Counted from the stretch's first letter, positions 1 to 14,685 are shown. The stretch: 64,000 bases of DNA from Malacoraja senta (GCA_038087875.1 CM075988.1:19346001-19410000), one strand, 5' to 3'. Notes: generated by a model not told the origin, from the sequence alone. Numbers and translations are program-made.

Positions 1-1437
1 AAAATCTACAGTGATGTTTTCACATCGGGAACTAGTGCCTGAGGTAGAGCTGCTGCCTCACAGCACCAGAGACCCAGGTTCGATCCTGACCTCTGGTGTT
101 GTCTATGTGGAGTTTGCAATTTTTCACTGTGGCCACGTAGGTTTATTCCTTGTGCTTCGGTTTCCTCCCACATCCCAAAGTCGTACGGGTTTGTAGGAAA
201 CTAGAGAGCTACTGAGCTACTACCTACCTCGTTGTAGACCCTCAGACTCTGATTGGACTTTACTGGACTTTATCTTGCACCAATCATCATCATTCACGTT
301 ATTCCCTTTATCATGTATCTGTACACTGTGGATGGGCTGATTACAATTATATATTGTCTTTCCACTGACTGGTTAGCACGCAACAAAAGGTTTGCACTGT
401 ACCTCGGTATATGTAACAATAAATTAAATAAACTAAACTAAACTGGGTTAATTGGCCTCTTAAAAAATGTCCCCTAGTGTGTAGTGAGTGGATAACATAG
501 AACTAGTGTGAACGGGTGATCAATGGTCAGCGTGGCTCTCGATGGGCCGAAGTGTGTATTTCCATGTTGTGAATTTCAATCAATCAATCTGTTAGAATAT
601 TCCTTTCTCTTTGACTAAAAATGTTTCCCAATTTTGGATAATAACCAACTCGTTCAAATCCGGACATCACAGGTAGAAGTTGAACATTGCTCCCCTGCTA
701 CACATATTCAAACTTTGTGAAATAATGTTTTGTTTTTGGAAGTTTGAAGATCTGGGTGGCAGGCTTTTCAAATGCAAGGCTGTGTTGAAGAACATAATTA
801 ATTTACGGGCTTTGAAGGAAGATTATCTGATATGTAGTGTTGTGCCATCTGCTGTACAAAGGAGTGTAAGGTTTGGAAGAAACAGATTTCTCTGCCAGGG
901 AGTGCTAATGAAAGTCTGTTTGAGAAAGGAAGCAGGTATCCGTCAGCCTATTTACCGAAGCATCAGGATTTCTCGGGCTACGTGCTGAGAATTCTGATCA
1001 TAACTTTTCTTCTGTAGTTGAGAAGAGAAAATCTCTTGGCAGAGATCAAAAACAATTGTCTAGTCCTGATAAAAAAAAAAGGTAAAGCAGTATCGATGCT
1101 GGAAATCTGCAATGGGGTCAAAAAGGGTTGGAAGCACTGTGAAGACCAGGCACCATCTGTGGAGAGAGGAGCAGGGTCAAGGGTATACTGGCAATGGAAC
1201 AATGTCATTCTTATTTGCTTCAGATACATATATAAAGATCAAAAATACAATGAATTCATAACCGTAACACTAGGTAAGCATAATAAAGCAGAACTGAAGT
1301 CTGTAGTGCAATCAAAGACTCAGTACACAGTACATAGTTGCGGAGGTTAGTGTTGTGCAGTGTTCAAGAGCCTGATCTTTGCTGGGAAGAAGCTGTGCTT
1401 CAACCTGCTGGTCTGGACTGTTTATAAAATTGTGCCA

Positions 1438-1742
1438 TTGACACCTTGCATTTGGAAAAAATAAGATTTGTCTTAATTGACAAACCAGAATTATTTGTTA
1501 GAATGTGGTCTCCATTTATTGAATTCTTAAAAAAGTGAATTGGTTTAACACAAAATCAGGGTTGAAACTTGAGTTTGGGATTGGATGAATAATTATACTC
1601 AACATCTCCTGGATCTATCTCCACAATCTTGTTATATGTAATTTCTTTTTTCATCTTCTTTTTCTCTCTTAGTTTATAGTTTCTCTTTTTTTTTTTTTAA
1701 GAAATCTGTAATTAAATTGTCGATTACTATTATTGTATACAT
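1438..1742 (+). mobile_element. L1-clade LINE 3' fragment
   Basis: TLHLEKIRFVLIDKPELFVRMWSPFIEFLKK*, homologous to the 25452 copy, then T-rich UTR. Confidence 0.7.
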
Positions 1743-2327
1743 GCCTCTCATCTTAAATCTATGCCGTCTCATTGTGGAATCCGCTATCCTGGAAAAAAGA
1801 ACTGTATCCACCTTCTCCCCATAACCCCTGATCAGGTGTCAGGGGTTATGGGGAGAAGGGAGGAGAATGGGGTTAGGGGGGGAAAGATAGATTAGCCATG
1901 ATTGAATGGCGGAGTAGACTTGATGGGCCGAATGGCCTAATTCTGCTCCCATACCTGATGACCTTATGGCCTTATCCATGCTTCTCAAAAGATCACCCTT
2001 CAATCTCCTACATTCCAATGAAGTAAGTCCCAGCCTATCCAGTCTCTCTTAATAACTCATACCCTCCAGTTCCAGTAAACATCCTCCTGAATCTTTTTTG
2101 CACCCTTTCCAGTTCGACAACATCCTCTTTAATCTAGTTTAGGTCCCTCATTCTTGGTGCGCCTCATTTAAGTCATAATGTCATATTCATAGAGTGATGC
2201 AGCATGGAAACAGGCCCTTTGGCCCAACTTGCCCACACCGGCCAACAATGTCCCAGCTACACTAGTCCCACTTGCCTGCGCTTGATCCATATCCCTCCAA
2301 ACCTGTCCGATTCATGTACCTGTCTAA

Positions 2328-2657
2328 TAGCCCTGTCCCACAGTACGAGTTCATTCCAAGAGCTCTCCCGAGTTTTAAAAAATCAAACTCGTGGTAAGCA
2401 CGGAGAATGAACGTAGCGGGTACGTCGGAGCTCGAGGACGTCTCTTACCGGCTCATAACGCTAACGGCAGGTACTCGGGAAGACTCGCTAACGGCAGGTA
2501 AGCACGGGAAGACTCGTGAAGATTTTTCAGCATGTTGAAAAATGTCCACGAGAGCCCCGAGTACCGACGAGTGGACATTACCGTAAATCTCCGAGTTCAA
2601 ATCAGGGCAAACTCGGGAGAACTCTTGGAATGAACTCGTACCGTGGGACAGGGCTTT
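2328..2657. mobile_element. MITE, PIF/Harbinger-like
   Basis: ~48-bp TIRs AGCCCTGTCCCAC.GTACGAGTTCATTCCAAGAG; TAA on both flanks (2325-2327/2658-2660); interrupts a CR1 tail. Confidence 0.88.
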
Positions 2658-5153
2658 TAACTGTTTCTTAAATGATGGGATAGTCCCAGCATCAACTACC
2701 TCCTCTGGCAGCTTGTTCCATACACCCAACACCCTTTGTGTGAATAAGTGAGAGGAGTAGAATTAGGCCATTCGGCCCATCAAGTCTCCCAATCATCTAT
2801 TGAATCATGGCTGATCTATCTCTCCCTCCTAACCCCATTCTCCTACCTTCTCCCCATAACCTCTGACATCCTTGTCTCTCTCAACTTTGTGTTAAAAGAA
2901 AACAAGACATTTGTTCCAATCTCATAGCTAGAAATTTGCAGATCAGGCAACATCCTTTAAGATCTCCTTTGCACTATGAGAAATGACTGGAACAGGAGGC
3001 TGTGCTCAGGCTGTGGTCTAACTGGTGTGTGCAGTTCGAGCATAACCTCCCTCTTTTAATATTCTTTGCCTTAGTTAATAAACAAAAGCATCCCAGATAC
3101 TTCTATAACCACCCAAACATTTCCCCAGGGTGGAAATGTGAAAGACTCATGGGCATGGGTTTAAAGTGAGAGGGCCAAAGTTATTTACTGAGTGGTGGGT
3201 GCCTGGAACGCGCTGCCAGGAATAGTGGTGGAGGCAGATACGATTGTGGCATTTAAGAGTCTTTTAGATAGGCACATAGATAAGCAAGGAATGGAGGGCT
3301 ATGGATCGCATGCAGCCAAAGGAGATTCGTCTATCATGGTGTCATGTTCGGCACAGAAATTGTGGGCCGAAGGGCCTGTTCCTGTGCTGTACTGCTCTAT
3401 GTTCTAAATTACCTGCACTGCCACTGGTAATGACCTGTGTACATGCACTTCTCATGTAACATGAGACATGTAGTGACCAAGGACCTGTGTAGATCACAAA
3501 ATCATGTCTATGACTATAGCCTGGATATCAGCTGTCCTGGTTTTGGGTAGCATGCAAAACAAAGCTTTTCACTGTACCTCGTTACACCTGACAATAATAA
3601 AACTCAACCTAAACCAAGTCATTACCTGTCCCAAAACTTGCAATGCAGGGCGCATCCACTTTTCTCAACTATTCCTCCCTTTACAAGAAGTGATGTGTCC
3701 TAACAATGTGCAAGTGATAAAGTGCAGCATCGGATCTGTAGATTTATACACGTCGTTGCAAGATTTCCAACACTCAGTGCTGGCCAGTCTCGTTAACAAC
3801 ACAACTGGTGCCCAAGGATGTCTATGGAGACCAGAGCAACAGAGTGACCTCAGCTACACAGCCCAGCATCTGGTTAATGACTGCACCAGCAACCTCTGTA
3901 AATGGGTGTCTGATAGTGAATAGCCACCAGTACCTCGTTCTCCAAGACTTGAGCTGCTGATTACAGCAGAGCAAATCCCAGAGGGACTGGCGTCTGAGTC
4001 ACAGAGACAGAAATGATTCTGTAAATGAAATCAGAACGCCCAGCTGCTCCACTTCTCCCCGTGAGCAGGGCTTAGCATTTAGAAACACAGGAACAAACCT
4101 TTCTTCAGCCAGTTAGAGTACTCAAGCATGTTATGCTTTGCATTGTAAAATACCCCAAAGATTCATTAGCGGAGAAAGCCAACATTGCAGAAGTACCATT
4201 CATGCAATGTTTAGTTCTCTAGTGTTCTCAGCCAAGGTCAGATGTTTCACTCTGATCCAGCATGACCTACTACAGATACAGTGTTTCCATACATTATCAT
4301 TCCTTATTAATCCTATTCCTCATCATTCCATGCTCAATTTATGGGCATTAGGGTGCTGTCAGTTTTACTAGTTTTGTGTTAGCTCTATCGTCCCCTGTGT
4401 TAGGCCAGTTTCTTCCCAGCTGCTATCAGGCAACTGAACCCAACTAGAGAGTGGTCCTGACCTACAATCAACCCCATTGGAGACCTTCGGACTATCTTTA
4501 ATCAGATTTTACTGGACTTTATCTTGCACTAAATCAACCCGGCGTGCACAATCAAATAAGATCAAATAGAACAAGTTGTCCGACAACTTTAGGCTGTGCA
4601 CGCCATACGCGTGAAGAAGAAGAAGTGGACGGCGTGATTGCAATCTTGTACAGCCTATTCACCAATTGGATAGCACGCACCAAAAAAAAATTGTCACTGT
4701 ACCTCGGTACATGTGACAATAATAACAAACACTAAACTGCTTCCCAATCCTACAGCAGTGTGAGAGGTTACTCAGGTGAATTCACTCTTGCCACTGAGTT
4801 AGAAGGTTTGGAGTGCAGCCCACGCTGCAAAAATTCATGCAAAACCTGCGCTGGTTCTTTGATGCATTGCCCAAGTGTCTCTCTCCTTGGCTTTCTCCAT
4901 TGCCCTAAGCCTATACCCTCTAGTTTTAGAATCCTCTACCCTGGGAAAAAGACTCTGAGTGTTCACTTTATCCGTGCCCCTCATGACCTTGAACACCTCA
5001 TTAACTTCACCCCTCAGCCTCCTATGCTCCAAAGGAAAATGGTCCCAGCTTATCCAAACTCTCCCTAACTAAAGGCCACAAGCCCAGGTAACATCCTGGT
5101 GAAGCTCTTTATCACTCTTTCTAAATATCACGCAACAACCAGAAATTTTAGTT

Positions 5154-5360
5154 AGACAAAAGTGCTGGAGGAACTCAGCAGGTGCAGCAGCATCTATGGA
5201 GCGAAGGAAATAGGCAACGTTTCGGGCCAAAACCCTTCTTCATGTCTCGGCCCAAAACGTTGCCTATTTCCTTTGCTCCATAGATGCTGCTGCACCCGCT
5301 GAGTTTCTCCTGCACTTTTGTCCACCTTCGATTTTCCAGCATCTGCAGTTCCTTCTTAAA
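5154..5360. mobile_element. Inverted pair of Penelope-like terminal fragments
   Basis: ~75-bp inverted arms; 14-bp TSD CAGAAATTTTAGTT (5140-5153/5361-5374). Confidence 0.88.
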
Positions 5361-6845
5361 CAGAAATTTTAGTTTGTACTAACAAGCAATAGTTACTCAT
5401 GACAGGAATCTCCTGCTCAAAATAGAAGCCTGATTTTTAACATAGGAGGTTGTTCGGAATGTATTGAAGGATGCAAAACAAAGGTGAAAATAAACTGAGG
5501 GAGCAATGCAGTTGAAGTGTTTTCTAATTCAGAGAAGACAGGAATATTCCTGAAAATAAGAAAATATCTTAATTTTATTCGCGCCTTGAGAAAAAGGTCA
5601 AATAACAATCACGGGAATTAACAGACAGCTAGCTTAACATGGCCAGTGGGAGAAATATTCAAAGCTATTTTAAAAAGGAGCAAGTCAAGTGCACTTAATG
5701 AGAACAAAACTAATAATTTTGAACTGACAAGAGTTCTAAAAGGTAGGTCAGGCCCAACAAATTAATTAGAATTGTTTTAGATGATGCTAATGATAGGATT
5801 GGTTGTTGGTAAAAATCCTGTTCACTTGACTTTGAGAACGTGTTTGGTGTGATGTGTGTTTTTTTCCGGTTGTATACTGGGCTAATCTATTGACTGGGCC
5901 AGGGAGTTGATTACCGACAGCATGGAACTGATCGCAGGTTTGGTGTGTGGGGGCTATATTTCAGAATACTTGAAGCCTTTCTTCCAAATTGATTGATTGA
6001 TTTATTAATTGAAAGTTTCAGCATGGAAACAGGCCTTTCCGCCCACCGAATCCATGCCAACCATCGATCACTTGTTTCACACTAGTTCTATGTTATCCCA
6101 CTTCCCCATGCACTCCCTACACACCAGGGGCAACCAACAAACCTGCACATCTTTGGGATGTGGGAGGAAACCGGAGCACCAGGAGGAAACCCACGTGGTC
6201 ACATGAAGAACAGGAAAATTCCACACACACAGCGCCCAAGATTAGGATTGGACCCGGGTCTCTGGCACGTGGGGATGCAGCTCTACCAGCTGTGCCAGTG
6301 CGCCACCCAATGTTTCATGGAGTGAAAATTATTGCTTACCCGGTGTCTCCGTTCTCCTTATTACGGCTTGTGTGTTATTTTCCTCTGTTTTTGTGTTTCA
6401 TTTCATCTTATCTGTAAATCTGCTTTTTAAAGTGCATTTGGAAACTATTTTCTAGATCTTTGGCCCCCTTGGGACATATTAACATTCACAGAGCGAGGGT
6501 GAACAGGAGTTGCTAAGCATTAGCAAATCCTGCAGGAACAATATAAAAATTAGTTTTAAAAATTCTGCTTTAGTTTTGCTTAGTTTAGAGATACAGCATG
6601 GAAAAAGATCCAGCCCACCAAGCCCGCGCTGACCAGTGATCATCTGTACACTAGTTCTATCCTACTCACTGGGGGGCAATTTACAGAAGCCAATTAACCT
6701 ACAAACCTGTACGTCTTTGAAAACTCCGTACATATACAACTCCGTACAGATATCATTTGTGGTCAGGAACACAAGGTGCTGGAGTAACTCAGCAGGTCAG
6801 GCAACATCAATAGGTGATGTTTCGGGTCTCTACTTTGCGTCCTTT

Positions 6846-7183
6846 TAGTTTAGTGTTAGTTTAGTTTGGAGATACACCGTGGAAACAGGCCATTCGGCCC
6901 ACCGAGTCCATGCCAACCATCGATCACAAGTTCCCACAACTTCTATGTTATCCCATATTCCCATCCACTCTCTACACACTAGGGGGCAATTTACAGAGGA
7001 CAATTAACCTGCAAACCCTCACGTATTTGGGACGTGGAATAAACTGGAGTACCCGGAGAAAACCCACGTAGTCACAGGGAGAATGTGCAAACTCCACACA
7101 GACAGTACCCGAGGTCAGGATCAAACCCGGTTCTCTTGTGCTGCAAGGCAGCAGCTCTACCAGCTGCGTCACTGCGCCGCCCT
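6846..7183 (-). mobile_element. tRNA-derived V-SINE (HE1-like), full length
   Basis: Pol III A/B-box-like head, V-domain GAGTTTGCACATTCTCCCTGTGAC, CR1-like tail with (TAAAC)n. Confidence 0.88.
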
Positions 7184-8247
7184 AGGTATGGACTTTATAG
7201 GTAAAAATAACTTCGATCAGACAGGTTAAGGTTGGAAATGAAATGAGGGCAGATTTGAATAAGAGAGACAGTGCTTAAGGAGGGGGATCTGCTTGCATTG
7301 GAGAATAACTGAGTGAAATGGAAGCAGAGAGGGTGGCCACTTTGTAACCCAAGCATGGAAATGCAGCAGACCCATACACTCATAAAATATTTGAGTACCG
7401 CAGGCTGTTACAAAAGGACCAGTATCAGAAGATACAGACGCAATTAATATTGGAAAGGCAATTAGCTACCACTGACACAGGATTTTGTGAATGATAAAAT
7501 ACTGGGAATATAATCTAATTTCTGGGGGACTTAAAAATGGAAAAAGCTATGACAAGGAGTGATGCATCATTCAAGAGCATGTCCCCTGTGATTGATGGCA
7601 GCTGAGAAAGATTCAGGGTAATGATTCCAGCCTGCCAAAAGACAAGTCATAAATTTGCCAGAGCAGATCTTCCTGTTAAAACATATAGCTGACTGTAAAG
7701 TTTCTAATGAAAACAAATATTATGAGTAAAGGAATGAAGCACCAGCAGTTTTGACAGAAGAGAAATTATTATACTTATGCAAAACATACACATCCAAGGC
7801 TGGAGATTGTCCACAGTACTAACCTCATTCTCCACTTGCACAACACTAACCTCAGCAACCATCAACTTCTGTGGAATGCCTGACTGAGACTTGCTTATTG
7901 CCAAAGACTTAGACGGGGCAGAATTTGGGAGTGTTTGATAAAACTGTATGTGGATATTCCAACACTAGAAGAGAACGTACTGGTCCTTATCCTTCGATCC
8001 TGACTATGGGTACGGAGTTTGTATGTTCTCCTCGTGACCCGTGTGGATTTTCTCCGAGATCTTCGGTTTCCTCCCACACTCCAAAGACGTACAGGTATGT
8101 AGGTTAATTGGCTTCATGTATGTGTAAAATTGTCTATAGTGTGTGTAGGATAGCGTTAGTGTGTGGGGATCGCTGGTCGGTGGAGACTCAGGTGGGCCGA
8201 AAGGCCTGTTTCCGTGCTGTATCTCTAAACTAAACTAAACTAAAACT

Positions 8248-8485
8248 TATATTGGGAAATGAGCCAGGCCAGGTGGCTGATGTTTCAATGGAAGGGCATT
8301 TTGTGGATAGTGAGCATCTCCATAAGCTTGAACTATTTTAACTCCCATTCCCATACTGACCTTTCTGTTCTGGGCCTCCTCCATTGCCATAGTGACGCTA
8401 CAAGCAAATTGGAGGAACAGCATCTCATATTTTACTTCATGTAAACCAGCGATATGAACGTTGAATTCTCTAATTTTAGGTAACA
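8248..8485 (+). mobile_element. Penelope-like element GIY-YIG fragment
   Basis: YIG at ~8248; NYFNSHSHTDLSVLGLLH...LEEQHLIFY; homologous to 35680-35950. Confidence 0.8.
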
Positions 8486-8619
8486 TACTTACACTCCCCC
8501 CCTCCCTCCCCTAAACATCAGTTAACCAGTTCCACAGTTCACAAACGATGATCTAAAAGGTCATAAACTTGGTAAAAAAAAAGGAACATCGTGCTAAGGT
8601 TAAGAGAATGCAATCAAAC

Positions 8620-9160
8620 AGGGATTTTGAGGAACCTTTGGAGTACTGCATGTAACTTTGGTCGCCTCATTACAGGAAGGATGTGGAGTCTTTGGCGAGG
8701 GTGCAGAGTAGGTTTACCAAAATTATGCCTGTATTAGGGGGCATAAGCTACAGGGAGAGGTTAGACAGAGTTGTATTGTTTTTCTCTGGAATGCCAGAGG
8801 TTGCAGAGAGACCTGATAGAAGTATATACAATTATGAGAGGCATAGGTAGGTGAGGCACAATCAGAACCTTTTTTCCCAGGATGGAACAATCAAGTACTA
8901 GAGAGAATTGCTATAAGGTGAGTGGGGCACAGTTTAAAGGAGATGTGTGGGGAAAGACTTCTACATAAAGGGTGGTGGTTGATGCAGATGTGATAATGAC
9001 ATTTAAGAGAATTTAGGATAGGCATATGAATATGCAGGGAATGGAGGGATATGAATTATGTGCAGGTAGATAAGAGATGGTCTTGGCATCATGTTTAGCT
9101 CAGACATCGTGGGCTGAAGGGCCTGTTCTTGTGCTGTGCTGTTCAATGCTGAAAGTTCTA
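8620..9160 (+). mobile_element. Old CR1 3' fragment
   Basis: LEYC..WSPHYRKD-like coding remnant followed by the GGGCTGAAGGGCCTGTT...CTGT tail. Confidence 0.8.
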
Positions 9161-10746
9161 TGTCATTTGTCTTTGGCTGTACTAAAGACTTTTTTTTGTA
9201 CCTCTGATATATTATTTGTGTGTGTTGAGTTTACAGGCCCGTTAAGCTGTCGCAAGTAAGAATTTATCTGTTGTCGGTACATATGCCAATTAAAGACTCT
9301 TGAGTCTTGAAAGTTTAGATGTTCTCTGTTATCGAGTGATAGAGTTTTACTGTGTGGAAACAGGCCCTTCTGCCCAACTTGCCCACAACGGCCAACATGC
9401 CCTATCTACACTCGTCCCACCTGCCTGAGTTTAGCCCATATCCCTGTAAACCTGTCTTATCCATGCACCTGTTTCTATTTTAAATGATGCGTTGAACTCT
9501 TTAGATGAAATTTACAGTAGTAAATAAACAGAGGAATCTTGCATTGATATTTCAATGGGTTCACTCTCGTGCAAGCTGAGAAATTCGATCTGATTTCAGA
9601 AATAATTAATCTCACATCACTAGTGGTACCTAGCCATTGTTACAAATACCAGAAGATTGGATAGTCAAACTAGGACACAGTAGTGAGACACAGGGAACTG
9701 CAGATGTTGGGATCTTAAGCAAAACATAATGTGCTGGAGGAACACGGCAAGTCAGGCAGCATCTGGGGAGGGAATGGACAGATGACGTTTTGGGTCAGGA
9801 CCCTTCTTCAAGAACATGATACTGGCAATCCAAAGAAGCTCAATACTCACTTGAATGGATATTTTCAATGGATATATTGAGGTCAATTGATATTTTTAAG
9901 GCAGAGATAGATAGATTCTTGATTAGCATGGGTGTCGGGTTATGGAAAGATGGCAGGAAAATTGGGTTGAAGAGGGAAAAATAGATCAGCCATGATCGAA
10001 TGGCGAAGTAGACTTGATGGGCCGAATGGCCTAATTCTTCTCCTATTACATATGAACGTATATGAAACTCTTTTCATGTTCAAAAATATCCTAGAATGTT
10101 TTTGCTGTTGGAGTGGACAGGATTTTTAGAGGTTCTCAGATGTGAAGAGGTCAGGCCATATATAAAACCATCACTGCAAGTTCTCATTGTGTTGACTAAA
10201 CTGCATGTTACCCCATTAAAGCAACACTCAAGGCCTTTGATCCAGTTTATTTGAAGCAGGAACTAATCCCGTTTATTTGAAGCAGGTAATTAACTCTGGG
10301 ATGTAGTTTGCTGTCGGCACTGACAAGCGATGGCTCTCTTACATCAAATCTCGACACAAGTTCAGCGACATTCCATCATCATGGCACTGCAACGTGGATT
10401 CTGAAAGAAACATTACCCAGATTAATTAGTTATCAAGGAACCTGCACAGAGTTCACTTCTAACGTTATTTTTTACCTTAGTTGAAACATTACGATAAAGA
10501 ATATTCTACATTTCTATAGAGCCTTTCATTGGCTTAAACAATGCATAGCTTCTTTTTTTAAGTCTGGTCTCTACTGTGATGTCATAGAGGCCCAGAGTCA
10601 TAGAGTGATACAGTGTGGAAACAGGCCCTTCGGCCCAACTTGCCCATACCGGCCAACATGTCCCAGCTACACTAGTCCCACCTGCCCGCGTTTGGTCCTT
10701 ATCTCTCCATGTGCCTGTCTAAAGGAAAAACATTTTGGAGGGATTC

Positions 10747-11048
10747 ATTTTAGTTTAGTTTAGGTTAGAGATACAGCGGGGAAACAGGCACTTTGGACCA
10801 CCGAGTCTGCGCCGACAGGCGATTCCCGCACACTAGCACCATCCTACACAATGGAGACAATTTACAATCTTTACCAAGCCAATTAACCTGCATACCTGTA
10901 CGTCTTTGGTGCATGGTGGGAAACTGGAGCACCTGGGGAAAACCCACACGATCACAGTGAGAACGTACAAACTCTGTATAGATAACACCCATACTCAGGA
11001 TCGAAACCTGGAACACTGTAAGGCAGCAACTCTATTGCTGCCGCCCTA
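10747..11048 (-). mobile_element. V-SINE (HE1-like)
   Basis: Same family as 6846-7183. Confidence 0.85.
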
Positions 11049-13743
11049 ATTAATAAAATAAATATGGGATTAATAACATTACTCTGCATCAGAATGGTAT
11101 CATGGGGCTTTCTTGTGTCTGCCTACAGAATTGTAGCTGTAAATGATAATGCAGTTGAATTTCTCTAGCATATCCACCTTTCCAGCATTCACAGTCTCTG
11201 GTGATGTAGGAACGGCTGCTTAAACTCCATCTATTTCCTTTAGCTCCTTAGCACACATATCAATCATCACGGACAGGTCGATGTGGATTTTGGGCTAAAC
11301 ATGGCATTATCGTTTACAAAGTCTTGTTATGTGAATCCAGACTCTACATTTCCGTCAGTCGTATTTGGTATCTTGGTAAATGCAAAGGGTGGTGAGTGTA
11401 AGGAACGAGCTGCCAGAGGAGGTAGTTGAGGCAGGGACTATCTCAACATTTAACAAACAGTTAGACAGGTACATGGCTAGGGCAGGTTTGTAGGGATATG
11501 AATCAAACGCAGGCAGGTGGGACTAGTGTAGCCGGTGTGGGCAAGTTGGACCGAAGGGCCTGTTTCCACACTCTATCACTCTAAAACTCTAATAAAGTAA
11601 TCATACCAAAGGCAAACAAAGTTCTCAGACTCAGTGGTTCTCTCAGTGCAGCAAGGACTTACTGTACTCTCCCAGAATCAACTTGGGGTTTAAAGATTGG
11701 ATGTTCATGTCTCTTGTAATTGGCTGCCCTTATGACAAAAAAAATCATCTTGTTGCCTCCATTGTATGACAGCATCCCATGTGCCTTTTTACCCTCATTG
11801 TCCTGCTACCATTGTCCAGTAACGTTTGATTAAAGATAGTTCAAAGGTCTCTTGAGGTAGTGCAGTCAGTAGAATAGGTTTAGAGGGATAGGGGCCGAAC
11901 GCAACAAATGGGACTAGTTTTGTCTTTTTGCACTATTATTGCTTATTTTTTATGTGTATGTATATATATATATGTGTGTGTATGTGTGTGTGTGTCTATA
12001 TGTGTGTGTATATGCGTATATATACTGTACATAAACTAAACTTTTGCTGTAAGTAAGAATTTCATTGTTCTATGTGGAACATATGACAATAAAACACTCT
12101 TGACTTGACTAACGAAGATCATCGGCATGAATGAATTGGGTCAAAGGGCCTGCTTCGGTGCTGTGAGACTCTATGACCATGCACTTTCATCATATCCCCT
12201 GAAAGCATGCATTAGCTGTCCCTCTACAAGGAGTAATATCAGATGCACCAGATTACCCACTCTGTCCCCTCTCATACGGCATCTCATTGAGAGCCCAGTC
12301 ATCTCCCAAAGATCTCCTCTTGTTTTCTACTGCATGTAGTTTGGAAGGCAAAGAGTTATAAATTTAAAAAAAAACGCTAATCTAGCAATGTCTATTACTG
12401 GCTAAATAAAGGCCACTTTAGGCTGATTAAAACGATAATACGTCTGAACTTTATAATGACTTTAGTTTCTCAAAATAAATTAGTTGCAGGCATTATTCAA
12501 GGACGACCTTCTCTTGATTCACCTGCAGCTAATGTGCACGGCATTAATTTCATTAATTAGACCAGCGGATCCTCCTGCTATTGGAAGCTGGTGCACTAGG
12601 AGACGATTGTTGCTCTTCACAGCGTGTTTTGATGTTTTAAACTCACGACTACCTTCATCTGTCAGCCAACCAGCGATGACCCAGGCAGCCGATGCTAGCC
12701 AGGAGATAAGCTAACTGCCTGCATCGACCTTACTGCTTACAGCTGAACTCGGCAGTGTGGAGAATATAATTAGGTGGAGGATTTTTCCTTTAATTTACTT
12801 CAAGGTGTGGTGACAAAGTCACTGTGAATGGCGTGAGGTTGGAGTCTGGCACAATGCTGAGAATTATCTTCTGTATTTTAACTCCCCTACCCATTCCTAT
12901 AGCGACACAGTGGGGGCGGCACAGTGGCGCAGCGGTAGAGTTGCTGCCTTACAGCGCCAGAGCCCCGGGTTCTATCCTGATTACGGGTGCTGTCTGTACG
13001 GAGCTTGTACGTTCCGCTGTGCCGCCCAACTAATACAGTTCTGCTTCGCCAACTAAGACAGTTGCTCTTCTCACTTGATCTAGTACTTCAAACATCTTCA
13101 ATCAAATCAGGTCTTAGACTTCTCTACTTTAACAAACTCAACTCCTGCTCATCCATTAACTGAAGTACTTCATCCCAGGGTCCTTACTACCAAATCATGA
13201 CCTCTTCAGGGCCACCACAGCCTTCCTGCACTGCGGGACCAGATTTGAATCACTGGCTAATTGTTTGCAATCAAAAAGGCCATGTGTCAATATCCTGGAG
13301 CTGAGACCTGTTTGAATAAACCTCAGGCATGAATAGAATGGGCCAAATGGTCTTCAAACTTTTTGATTTTACTCACATATAACACTGGGGGTGCAGGCTT
13401 TTATCGCCCACCCTTAAACTTCCATGATGTGGTGAGACATGAAGGCCATGGGCTTAGGGGGAGAGAGATGTAAGGGGGATCCTGGGGCAACGTTTTCACG
13501 CAGAGGGTGGCCCGTACGTAGAAGGAGCTGCCAGAACAAGCAATAGAAGCGGATACAATTCAGACTTTTAAAAGACATTTGAACAGATATATGGATAGGA
13601 AGGGTGTCGAGGGATATGTGCCAAATGGTGGCAAATTGGATTAGCCCGGTATGCCAACTTAGTTGGCATGGTCAAGGTGGGCTGAAACACCTGTTTCCAT
13701 GCTGCACAGTTCTATGACTCTATTTGATAGTTAACCTTATTGT

Positions 13744-14370
13744 TCAATTCAATTCAATTCAATTCAACTTTATTGTCATTGCACAGATACAAGTATGGGT
13801 ACAACGAAATGCAGTTTAGCGTCTGTTCGTAGTAATATTGCAATATAGAAATAAAAATACAGAATAAGAATAATATACAGAATAAAAATACAGAATAAGC
13901 AAACAATGTGGACGGAGAGACTGGAGAAATCTATCGGTGGGACTCCGAGTTCAGCAATGTGATAGTGTTGTTGAAGAAGCTGTTCCTCATCCTACTTGTA
14001 CGAGACCTGAGGCTTCTGTACCGCCTCCCTGATGGGAGGAGGGCAAACAGTCCTAGGTTAGGGTGGGAGGAGTCCTTGATGATCTTCCCGGCCCGTCTCA
14101 GACACCGTTTTCGGTGGAGGGCATCCACTGCAGGGAGCGGGGCACCGATGATGTACTGAGCGGTTTTCACCACCCGTTGTAGTGCCTTCCTGTCAGCTAC
14201 CGTGCAACTGCTGTACCATACCGTGATGCAGGTGGTCAGGATGCTTTCGATGGTACAGCAGTAAAAGTTGGTCAGGATCTGGGGGGACAGGTGAGCTTTC
14301 TTGAGCCTCCTCAGGAAGTAAAGGCGCTGCTGCGCCTTTTTGATCAGTTTGGAGGTTTGTTGGTTCCAGA
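13744..14370 (-). mobile_element. Rex1/Babar-like LINE 3' fragment
   Basis: FYCCTIESILT..ITVWY..ALQRVVKTAQYIIG..LP...IIKDSSHP...LLPSGRRYRS...RMRNSFF; (ATTGA)n tail. Confidence 0.88.
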
Positions 14371-14394
14371 GTCAGTTATAAACCAAACATAAAA

Positions 14395-14685
14395 GGGCGG
14401 CACAGTGGTGCAGCGGTAGAGCTACTGCTTTAAAGCGCCAGAAACACGGGTTCGATCCTGACTATGAGTGCTTGTCTGTACAGAGTTTGTACGTTCGCCC
14501 CGTGACCTGCCTGGGCTTTGTCTGAGATCTTCAGTTTCCAACACCCCAAAGACGTTCAGGTTTGTAGGTCAATTAGCTTGGTATAAATGTCCCTCGTGTG
14601 TGTAGGGCAGTGTTAATGCACAGGGATCGCTGGTCTGCACGGACTGGGTGGGCCTGTTTCCACACTGTATCTTTAAACTACAATT
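14395..14685 (+). mobile_element. V-SINE (HE1-like), full length
   Basis: GGGCGGCACAGTGGTGCAGCGGTAGAGC...GGTTCGATCC head, V-domain, tail. Confidence 0.88.

Noticed and set aside
14395..14465. tRNA gene
   Set aside because: tRNA-like heads here are SINE 5' parts followed by V-domain and tail; no complete cloverleaf or terminator seen
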